The notes under the pieces: model-generated
What the model saw: only the letters and a program-made list of their open reading frames with translations
Databases searched by the model: none
Told to the model about the DNA's origin: nothing
Part shown: piece by piece, positions 53,881-64,000 of the stretch
How positions within the stretch are numbered: the stretch's first letter is position 1
Layout: each line of letters opens with the position of its first letter
Position numbers and translations under genes: made by a program
Source: Paramecium tetraurelia
Lineage: Eukaryota
Assembly (NCBI GenBank): GCA_000165425.1
Contig: CT868640.1
Location: 129,142-193,141 of the forward strand
Reading direction: 5' to 3'
Length of the DNA: 64,000 nucleotides

Positions 53881-55215
53881 TCAATTTCCATCTTCCCTAG
53901 TCTGTTAGCCTCCTTTCTTTAGCCAACGTATTCTCTTCCCTTCTTACCATTCTCCTTCCTTTTCAATTTTTGAAGAACCAATATAAATTCCAATTCCATG
54001 TTGTTTCCCATTAGCCCATTAACCTTTATACATCTAAACTTAATAAGAAATTCTATTACTCTTCCATCCGGCCATTTAAAATCTCCAAAACCATGCTTCT
54101 TGTCATCCTTGTACTCCCCTTCATATTTTCTACCATCCAACCAAGTAAAAACCTATATTATAATCTAAATGCTTACTCCTTTCCCATCCATTTTATTATT
54201 CTTCCACTCCCCAACATATTTTCTGCCATCTTCCCATTGATACTCTCCTTAACCTTGAATATTATTCTAATCAAATTCTCCTATATATATAGATCCATCA
54301 GCCCATTTGAATGTTCCTTTCCCGTGTTTCTTCCCATTTTTATACTACCCTTCATAACAAGCCCCGTCTGGCCATATTTCTTTCCCATTTCCATTTTATT
54401 TATCATCCTCCCAATAGCCCACATATTATGCTCCATCCATATGCACATATTTTCCCTATGATATTGATATGCATTCTTACATATCCATGAGCTTTGTCAT
54501 TTCTCCACTCTCCCTCATACTTGTCTCCATCAGCATGAATCAGCCTTCCCTTTCCACAAGCAACATTCTAGTACCAATATCCTTCATATATTGAGCCATC
54601 CTGCCAAATTTATGTTCCCCTTCCATGTCGGAGTCTAAAATAAATTAAGAACTTACCCATTTTTCCATTATCCTTTATAAACACTTCCTCCATCCAACTC
54701 ATATGGTTCCAAAAATGGCAATTCTTTAAATTCATCCTTTTCCTAATCATAAACAAAGGCTTCGATTTGACTTAAAACCTAACCTAAATACTTTTAAATA
54801 CTTATTTAGTTTTAGCAGTCAAATAATCAGGCATCCTATCTAGTTTTTTATATTTTTCACTTGGAGCATGAGCCTTACTGGATTCGACTCTATTTTAATA
54901 GCTTTCCTCCTTAGGTTCTTAAGCCCCTTTTTTATTCTAAGGATTCGCTTATTAATTCTATTTCTTCTGCTAACTTGAATCATTTTACGATTCCCTCTTA
55001 CCACTTTTATCTTATTCCTATATTGTTTTCACTTTCTTTCTAGCAATATGACCTCTACAATGAGCTTACTTTTCAGATATAGAAATACCTTATATTATTA
55101 TAGCCTTTTTATTAAGAATATCTGAATTTGCAGACTTCTCCGACATATGTTACCCTAAATCTACCTGCACATTTTTTTCCAAAACAGATCCTCCACCATT
55201 ACAACAATTTCCCAT
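53881..55215 (-). CDS. MORN-repeat protein with N-terminal acylation signal and IQ motif
   Basis: Starts [10 protein letters not shown] motif [14 protein letters not shown] after splicing. Tandem MORN repeats such as [35 protein letters not shown] and [21 protein letters not shown]. Confidence 0.92.
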
Positions 55216-56658
55216 TTTCTTTGCTGTTATCTTAAATTATTTGATTTAATAATAATAATGATTACGCATCATATATATAAATTATGACAACCAACCCATG
55301 ATATCATTTATAGATAGCACATTTAATACATAAAATAATTGAAGTAAAGTAATACAGTTTCCAAACATACGAAAAATTACATTATAACTATTATAATAAT
55401 ATTTTTTAAATAACTGAATAAATTAAGACTTCACATTGAAAATTATTAATATAGAAATTAAAACAAACTTATAGAAACTTTTTAAAGAAGTTTACTTTTC
55501 AATATTCTTTTGAGGTAATTTACAAACCAAAAATGTTAAATTAGGCTTTATATAAAAATTTAATCTTATATCTGATAAAGAAGCTGTTTTGAAATATTTT
55601 AAATTATTTAAATCAATGAATAATCCACTTAAGATTCACACAAATATATGTCAATCCAAAATTTATAGTTTGTAGTTTAGATACAACTATGATACAAGAT
55701 TCTAAACTCCTCTATCTAATAGAGAACATTCGATAATAATTAAAACGGCTTCTCTTGCTGTTGAAGAGGATTAATTTAAATAGTGGCCTCGTCATAAATT
55801 TAATATCTTGCCTCCACTATCGATTTCTTATAAGATACACTAGAATGAAGCGATCATTTAAAATTCTAAGTTATTTATTTAATTACGTATTTCTATTGAT
55901 ATTGAATAATAATTGATTAGTAATTTTTCCGAAAGGCTGATAACTGAAAAAAACACATTTTCTATATTATTTACTTGGATTATAAAGTTAAGTTTGCCAC
56001 TTTCTTAACCATTCTTCTTAAAAAACATATATTCTTTCATATTCTTGAAGATAAACATATTTAATTATCTATTGTCTTTATTATTTCATTCTTCTAATCA
56101 ACTAAAACAGCATATAAATTTCTAATTTACATATCAAACTTGCACATAAATTTAAGTTGATATTTATTACACTATGTCCAATACTCTATACTTATGAAAG
56201 GATTTAATATTCTTCATTTTAAATTCTCTGTAAAACCATACAGTTTCAACAATACACAAAAGATTTTCACCTATCAATCGAATATTAAGGTTCCAAACCT
56301 CCTTTACTGTGGACACCCTAGAGTTACTTATCTATGAATAACGCCTTGATAGTTAAAAATAGAAATATGTACAGATAATTTACAGAGATATTCATAAATT
56401 TGAGGAATAATTCCTTAATAAATATATACTTTGATATTAAACAAGACTGATGATTATTTTCAAATCAATTAGTTAAAACCATAATTGATGTTTCCATCAT
56501 TTATATTATAAACTAATAATCAGATTCAAGAGAGTTATCTTTACCTAGCTTCTTCAAATAAAATATCATTTGTATATAGAATTCTACCTTAATATTAATA
56601 ACAATAACTAATAAGTTTTTTTAATGTTATAATCTCATTCTACTTAATTTGAATATTT

Positions 56659-57566
56659 TCATTCTGGTTATTTCTCTCCCTCTTATTATTATTCTTATTC
56701 CTATTGTTCTTTGTTTGCTTCTTCTTATTATTACTCAAGAATCTTTTATTCTTATTCTTATCTCTCCTTTTCTTCAGCAGCAGCCTTTTCTTCAGCCAAT
56801 CTTTATTCTTCTTGTTTTCTTTTTTCTTCTTCTATTTTCCTTTGTTCCTCCTCTTACCTTTCTTTTTCCTTTCTGTCTCTCTCCTCCTATTCCTATTTCA
56901 ATCTTTCCTCTTCCTATTATTTTAGTTTCTGTTCTTTGGCTAATCTCTCCTATTCTTCTCTTTGCTTCATATAGGTTTAGAAGGTTGGTCTTTCCTTGAT
57001 TTGTCTGGGTTGTTCTTATTTTACTTCTTTTTTTGTAGCCCACTTAGCCAAATCTCTTTTATTTTCCACGTCATCTAAGAATTGTCTGATTCTTTCAGGT
57101 AAAAGCTTAGGTTGTGGGAAAACTTAGGAGTTTCTTTTAGAAAAGATAATGGTTCCTATTAATATATATAACTGTTGACCTTTGTGAGAAATTTCAAACG
57201 CTCCAGTCGAGGGTTTTTTCTTAGCATTATAAGTGCAATAGGCTCTTGGAATTTAGGCTTCAATCTCTAAGAGTAAAAGTGGTATTGAATACCTGCTTTG
57301 CAATCCAAATACAATTATGTATATTTGCTTTCGTCATGATGAGTACACCAAGCATGAGAAGAGCAATCCACACAGACTTCAAAATCAAATATAATTGCGC
57401 CTTCTGGAGGAGGATCGCTTTTTGGAACAACAGGCTTTTGTTTTTGCTATGTCTGATTTTATTATTATTATTATTATTGTTATTATTGCTATTATTGTTC
57501 TTATTATCCCTCTTGCATGCCTTCTTGCCCTTCTTAACCTTCAAATTCTTATTGCCCCTCAGACAT
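56659..57566 (-). CDS. Rdx-family (SelW/SelT/SelH-like fold) CxxC protein with poly-Q N-terminus and E/K/R/Q-rich C-terminal helix
   Basis: FEVCVDCSSHAWCTHHDESKY...PSTGAFEISHKGTIIFSKRNSQVFPQP matches the Rdx pattern (CxxC...GxFEI...FSK...FP). Introns of 26 nt and probably 24 nt. Confidence 0.75.
57462..57506 (-). repeat. (TAA/CAA/TAG)n triplet run encoding poly-glutamine
   Basis: The + strand ttattatta... run reads TAA TAA CAA TAA... in frame with the Rdx gene, i.e. poly-Q in code 6. Confidence 0.8.
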
Positions 57567-58162
57567 TTAATTTTTATTATTTTATTAATCAAATATCAAA
57601 TATCTCCTATTTCTTAAATAACACCTTCAACTTTCCATCACTCTCCTTACTCCAAACATCAATTTGCCTCACACTAACTCCCTTCACAACAAATAGGAAC
57701 TTCTAAATTTCTTAACTTTTCTCATCTACCTTTCATTCCCCACTTTAATTCACATAACTCTATTTTGAATTAACGATTAAAGATCATCAAGCCTTCAGTG
57801 ATCTTTGATATCCCAAACTCTATGAACCACTTCTTTACAAAGTAATTTAACTTACATCTAATTTAAGATATACTTTAATAATAAATGGATTATCACTTTT
57901 TCATCTATCCAAATCTATATGCTTATTTTTCAATCTTACAACTTGAAACATTTTTATAACTACTTAGTTCGCTTCTGTTAATTTTATTATTGTCATTTCT
58001 GAAACTGGAAATTGTATTTTGATGAGAAAGTACTTTACAATGTTTTTCCGATATTCTGTTCAGACTAAATGATATCTTATGATTTTTGATAAATTAGATT
58101 ATTGATGCATGATTTATGTATTGAGTTCTAAATTGTATATATTATTGAAATTAAAAAAAGAG

Positions 58163-60420
58163 ATGAAAAAGAAAATCTAGGTGAAAAGGAATAAGAAGCA
58201 AATAATGAAAAAGGTGAAACCTGAATTTGACAGTGCTGACTAATTGTCACGAATAGAACTGTATAAGAGACTTGATCAGAATAACCCTTTGAATCAAGGA
58301 ATGCGACCTTATGAGGGTTTTAATGGACCCAAAAGTACTGTGATTAACTAAATTAAGAGGAGAGATCGATGACTGATAGATTGTGTTTGCTTTTCTTGTT
58401 ATTATTCTTTTGTGCGACAGTGTTCCACGGAATAGTACTAATTAGTTATGGGAACATAAATAGAATATCGAATGGTTATGATTTTCGAGACGAGATCTGT
58501 GGCATAAATGGTTTGATTAATCAGCCCTATCTGTATTACCTGCAGCCTTCAGTGGATATGAACGTGGCCATGTGTGTGGATGAGTGTCCTTCGTCAACAG
58601 GTAAATACACATGTCTGTATTCGATCGACCATTTCACAACCACCAACTTCTGCTATGTTCAAATGAGTTCGACCAAGATGGCCAGATATTGCATCCCCAA
58701 AGAACCTGTGAGCAGAAAAATAGTAGATGATTTTTTGAGTCAAACTGAACCTTATATCAAGCGTACTATGTCTGATATTCTGTTGAGTCTTGATCTGATA
58801 ATAGTCTCCATCATCTTACTGGGTGCCTCAGCCTACTTTTTAACTTACCTGTTGAGTTTCCCATCCATAGTGAAATTCTAGGTTTGGGGACAAATCTGGT
58901 TGAGTATAATTTGTTTTGGGATACTCTCCTACCTATTTTACAGAGAATACGAGAGAGTGATAGACACTAGATGTCTGTATAAAATCGATAAGCATCAATG
59001 TGGAGGAGACAGAGCCACATTATTTTATTTAGCATGGATCGGAACTGCTGGAATTGGATTGCTCTTCTTATTCAACATCATGAAACTGTTCAACAAGATC
59101 AATTTGGGAATCAGTTTAATTAAGACTTCATCTCAGATTGTGCTTGTTCTGAAATAATTGCGTTTCTTTGCAATCTTTGTTGCTTTCATTGGTTTTGTTC
59201 AATTAGGATATTCCTGCATAGTCATATTTTATGGTATGACTATTGGAGAACGATCTACAGTTCAAGCTCTCAATATTAATGGAGACGCTGTCAAAATATT
59301 CACAACCACTCAAATCTATTAATTGTCATTACCATTTTAGGCCTTTATGATATTGTTCTTTTTGCTCTTTGTGATGAGTGTCAATGAAATGTTTAATACC
59401 TATGCTTTGAGTGTGTGGTTCTTCACCAAAAGAAAGGATGTGGTTCAGATTCCACTATTGGTTGTGTTAAGAGAATTGCTGCTACATCATCTTGGATCTT
59501 GTGTGTATGCAGTGTTTATGGAGATATTCTTCTTTATACCTAAATGGATCTTCTACACCATCTATTATTTTCTCAGCAGTTTGCCACAAGACTCTATGAT
59601 TGTCAGATTCATTCAGGGATGTTGCCTTTGTTGTTTAGCATGTTACCAAAATTGTTTAAGATATTTGAGCAAACACGCTTTAGTTCAAGTGGCCATATGG
59701 TCTGAAGGCTACAGTTTATCATCTAGGAAGGCATATTTTTTATAGGATAGACACAAAGAGAAGATTCATGATTTAGATTTCCTCATTGAGTTTATACTCT
59801 TTCTATTAAAATTGTCAAACAGTCTTGTTATCAGTTTACCCATTTACATCTACCTTTCAGTAAGTGATACCACTCTTCTGGGGGTGAAAGTAGCAGACAT
59901 TGAAAGTCCCCTGATACCTACTTTATTTGTATTCTTAATTGGGTTCTTTTATGTCTCAGTCTTTTAAGTAAGTTATGATATCACTACAAAATCTGTTATA
60001 CAATTATATCTAGTGGATAGAGAAATGTTTTATGGGGAGCAAAGATTTGTGGAAGATTTCATTCAAAAGTTCATGGAATTCTATGGGAAGAAGGAAGTAG
60101 ATTAAATCAAAATAAAGAGTAATGCATAGAGGAAGTACAATGCTCAAGTGGTACCTGAGAACATCAATAAAGAATTGGATGAGCAAAGTTATTAATCTGA
60201 AGAACAAGAAGAGGAGGAAGATGAAGAAGAAGAATAAGAGGAGGAATTAGAAGATATCAATTTGTAGGATGATAACTCAAGTCCTGAACTGGGCAATGAC
60301 TATAATGGTAAGAATAAGACAAATGCACATCACATTGTGGCTGATCCATTTTAATTAGACGATGCAAGTGACAGTCGATCTTAGACTTAATGGAAGAGCG
60401 GTACGAATTTTAATAAATGA
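58163..60420 (+). CDS. Choline transporter-like protein (CTL/SLC44 family)
   Basis: FNGPKKERSMTDRLCLLFL, YGNINRISNGYDFRDEICG, MCVDECP, HHLGSCVYA, CCLCCLACYQNCLRYLSKHALVQVAIWSEGYSLSSRKAYFL, and an acidic tail. Confidence 0.9.
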
Positions 60421-60439
60421 ATTATAAAGATTATTAATT

Positions 60440-62026
60440 ATGTAATTAGAAAAAGATAGCAAACAATCTTTTCTATACTAGTTACCGTTACAAAAGACAT
60501 GGATGTTATGGGTGGCACTTGCTCTAGCTTGCTTTCTTTTATTTGGAGATGCTTATGCTTTTGATAATCCAATGGCTTTGTAATCTACTATCCAAACTGA
60601 GATGAACCTCAACAATGTTTAATTCAATATGCTTTATTCAATATATTCTGCTCCCAATATTATATTGCCGTTTTTTGGAGGCATCCTTATAGACAAAATA
60701 GGAGTGAGAGTAAGTATATTGATATTCTCGTCTATACTTATTTTGGGCTAGAGTATTGTAGTTATAGGTGGATACACATTATCCTATGGAACAATGTTGG
60801 CTGGCAGATGCATTTTTGGTATTGGCTCTGAAAGTCTGAATGCAGCATAAGCAGCCATAATGTCATAATGGTTTTAAGGAGGGCAAGTTAGTTTGGCCTT
60901 GGGTTTGTGTTTATCAATACCCAAATTGGGAAGTGCATTGAACAGTTTGGTCAGTCCTCAGATTCAGGCGAGTCATGGAGAATTAGGGTTCACTTTTTTG
61001 GTTGGCCTTTTTATCGTCATATTTTCTTGGGGATGCGGATTGGTCTTAATCTATTTAGACAAAAAAAATGAAGTATTGATGGAAAAATGGAGAGAGCTCA
61101 ATCCAGAAGAAGAGAATAATGAACATAAGGAAGCATAACCTTCTGCTTAAGAGATGAGTCTATAGATGAGAAAAAGCGAAACCTCTGAAAGTGAGCGATC
61201 AGTATCGTTGTTAGAAGATGAGGACGACGACAATGATGACGATGAAAAAGAAGAAGAAGCAGCTCATGAGGCTAAAGAGGAGATTAAGCTATCAGATTTG
61301 AAGCATTTGGACGGTTCCTATTGGATATTGTCATGCATTATAATGTTGAGTGAAGCACTCTTTGTTCCCTTTTTGGATAATGGAAATGCCTTCTTTCAAG
61401 TCAAATTCGGATTTAGTTAACAATCAGCTGGTGTTTTGCTTACAATCCCCTATGTATTTGCAGCCTGTGTGACTCCCTTTGTAGGTATCTATAGTGACAA
61501 AATCCGATAACGTTCCTTATTGATTGTTCTCACCACAGTCATTTTTATCATCACCCATTTGTGTCTTCTCCTCATTTATTGTGATGTAACTCAATCATAC
61601 TATTCCATAGTCTGCCTGTGGAGTGTCAGCCTTACCATTGTTATCATTAGGAATTTGCTATTCTTTTTACTCGGCCATTTTGATTCCATCCATCCCCTTA
61701 GTAGTCAAAGCACAAATGATAGGTATTCCTCAAATTAACATTATTAGGAACGGCATTTGGCTTGTTGGGAGTGATGTAGAATACAGCATTGGCCTTGTTT
61801 CCACTCATTACTGGAAGTTTATATAATAGTCATTTAATTAATGAAGAAGGCCAAGTCGATCCATTTCAAGGGTAATACTATGCAATCTCTATCTTTTAGG
61901 TATGTCTATCAATCCTATTTCTTTGTTGGAGTCAGTTGTTTTAATTTTATTATTGCCATCAGTTTATATGTATTTGATAAAAATGGGAGCAAGAAATTAA
62001 GTAGACTAAAGTCGAAGAGTAAATGA
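60440..62026 (+). CDS. MFS transporter, MFSD1-like
   Basis: FGDAYAFDNPMALQ, FNMLYSIYSAPNIILPFFGGILIDKIGVR, AGRCIFGIGSESL and WFQGGQVSLALG, with an acidic central loop. Short introns near the 3' end. Confidence 0.88.
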
Positions 62027-62064
62027 AATGTTTATAGTTTGTTATTTTCATTAATATTTATTAT

Positions 62065-63611
62065 ATGAGTAAAAGAAATAACAGTCTTACGGATAGAAAG
62101 AAATCCAAAGGCAAATTAAAGACAGCAATATCGTAAAGAAAAAATTCTGACTCCTAAGAGAATAATTTCTATTCTGAATTCCAAATTTTCTATTCCCAAG
62201 CTTAGAACAACACTTTTACGAAGTTTGAATACATGAAAGAGTTTTTTCATCTAGGTCTCACCGAATTTCCGACTGATGAGGAAATCAATTAAATATAACT
62301 AGAGATCCTAACAACTAGTGGATGGAATTCTAATCTAAAGAAAAACTGGACCCTAAATGAAAAGAAAGTACTCATATGGCTCATCGGGAAACTTAGTCAA
62401 TTTAGAAATGAAGATTTGAGAGATTTATCTGCTGAACTTTTTGAGGAAGTTTCAAAAATGATTTGTCGTAGAGATAAGGAATCATGCAAATAAAAATGGT
62501 CTTAAATGTAAAAGATCGCATTGCAATAACAACCTTTTAGACCTGAAGAAGATAAAAAGTTATATGAAATAATTATGCGCTATTAATCTATCGATTAGGG
62601 GTAAAAGTGGAGTCAAATTTCACAAGAATTAAATTAGAATTCAACTGTTTATCGCTCTAGCAAATAGTGTCGTGAAAGATGGTTAAATAATCTCAACCCT
62701 AAAATTTTGAAGTATCATTAATTTAACACTTATTATAGGGAACCATGGACAGATGAAGAAGATATCCAATTATTAATGACAGTCAAAGAATTGGGTAGAA
62801 GATGGGCAGAAATTTCTAAAGTTATGGATGGAAGAAGAAGCGAGAATAATTTAAAAAATAGGTTCAATAGTTTAATAAAAAGAGAAAAAGATTTGCCTTT
62901 TCTGTAAGGCTTTGATATTTTATAATTAGATAAACTTAAAATGGATCAACCAATAACTTGGATGAGTTATTGTCAGGCTGCAATGGCCCTGACATCACAG
63001 ATCTACAAAAATAAGTGATAGACGCTGTTTTGGCTAAGTTAAAGTGGAGAAATTCAGAAACCTAAAATAAAATCAATCATTAAAAATCAGACGATATTTA
63101 ATAGAATTAAAATGAAAAGTCAACATTTTAATATACCATTGGAAATATTGAATAAGAATAAAACATCTAAAGATTAACTCCTTGCTTAATAAATTTAGAT
63201 AAAAACATCATCTATTTTTGTACTTATGAAATTCTAGAGTAATTTTAAGACTTGCATCAATACAAACAGCAATAATAATTCAAAGATCACTTCCATAGAA
63301 TTAAAAGTGAATTACATATCTTTGATGCTGGATTCCCAAATTTCAAATCCACTCTAAGTATGATAGAAGAAATTGAAGATTCTTAAAGAAGCCATTTAAA
63401 TCTTTATCCCAATGATATAGATGGTTTTTTTAATCTCGAAGTACCTGATATATTTTCTAAACCTGCTCATGTAAATCCTATCGAAATCATAACTCAATCA
63501 GCCATGAAATACATCCATAGATGGAAGACTGAGAGTCAACTCAATTATAGACGTAGAAATAGTGTCACAATACCAAGATCGTTGCCGAATTTGATATAAA
63601 TTTAATCGTGA
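62065..63611 (+). CDS. Myb transcription factor with three repeats (R1R2R3-like)
   Basis: NWTLNEKK...SCKQKW, PFRPEEDKKL...KWSQIS...RSSKQCRERWLNNLNP, and PWTDEEDIQL...GRRWAEISKVMDGRRSENNLKNRFNS. Confidence 0.9.
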
Positions 63612-64000
63612 AAGACTTCCATATTTAATTCTATCTTTATCATAACTTTGGCAGTTTTAATTCTTGACAAAGTACAGTTAAACTTATATTGTTTAGCATT
63701 CTGCAGAATTCTCATTTTCTATTGAACCATTTATTTCTAATCACACCAAAATATTTGATATTTAAAATTAGTTAGATCAAAGCAATATAGAAGTTACATT
63801 TTATTTTAGTATGAATAGTTAAATCTTAGTAGAATTCAATTTATTTTCTTTAAACCTTGTACCATAGTTAGTTTATTTAAACTGTTATTATAATTTTCAT
63901 AATCATATATATTATTCCTCATATGATTTTCTCTAATTTATTTTATGACAATTATATAATATTATTTAAATAATTATTTAGAACGTTTTAAGAAATTCAC

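Noticed and set aside
54093..54461. 122-aa hydrophobic plus-strand ORF
   Set aside because: It is the antisense of the MORN repeats.
57340..57380. Possible selenoprotein (Rdx family)
   Set aside because: The motif is CxxC with Cys codons and there is no in-frame TGA, so no Sec recoding is needed.
56649..57706. Several overlapping Leu/Phe/Ile/Ser-rich ORFs in the track that look like membrane peptides
   Set aside because: They are antisense or off-frame shadows of the poly-Q and E/K/R-rich parts of the Rdx-family gene.
57600..58110. Upstream extension of the Rdx gene or a separate minus-strand gene
   Set aside because: There are TGA stops in all three frames. The ATG at 57566 follows an AT-rich leader and gives a complete protein.
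1..64000. Telomeric repeats, retained IESs, transposons, tRNA/rRNA and CRISPR arrays
   Set aside because: I saw no G4T2/G3T3 arrays, transposase or RT motifs, cloverleafs or spaced direct repeats. The gene interruptions I resolved are explained by GT..AG introns. IESs in intergenic DNA cannot be excluded without MIC/MAC comparison.

Overview
AT-rich, gene-dense eukaryotic DNA from a ciliate, most likely a Paramecium macronuclear-type scaffold. Genes read only with genetic code 6 (TAA/TAG = Gln, TGA = stop) and contain very short GT..AG introns (about 22-30 nt). The supplied standard-code ORF track is therefore mostly gene fragments and antisense shadows. Manual translation gives about 29 genes: two PAS-family membrane proteins, an H-type-lectin-like protein, POLD2, an ADIP/SSX2IP-like protein, a four-domain Ca2+-channel-like protein, a RAP-domain protein, two CNBD K+ channels, a hybrid histidine kinase, a cyclin, a SPAG8/CFAP143-like protein, an F1-ATPase alpha-like paralog, a vacuolar sorting receptor, RPL36A, a cold-shock-domain protein, a CTD-type phosphatase, a MORN/IQ protein, an Rdx-family CxxC protein, CTL/SLC44, an MFSD1-like transporter, a 3R-Myb and several hypotheticals. 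A few decayed coding-like tracts lie between them. The most unusual items are a four-domain channel with an all-aspartate (DDDD) pore and charge-poor S4s, an intact F1-alpha paralog with no P-loop, and a K+ channel whose S4 has no arginines. I saw no tRNA, rRNA, CRISPR, telomeric repeat or recognisable transposon. All calls come from hand translation and recalled motifs; no database search was run.
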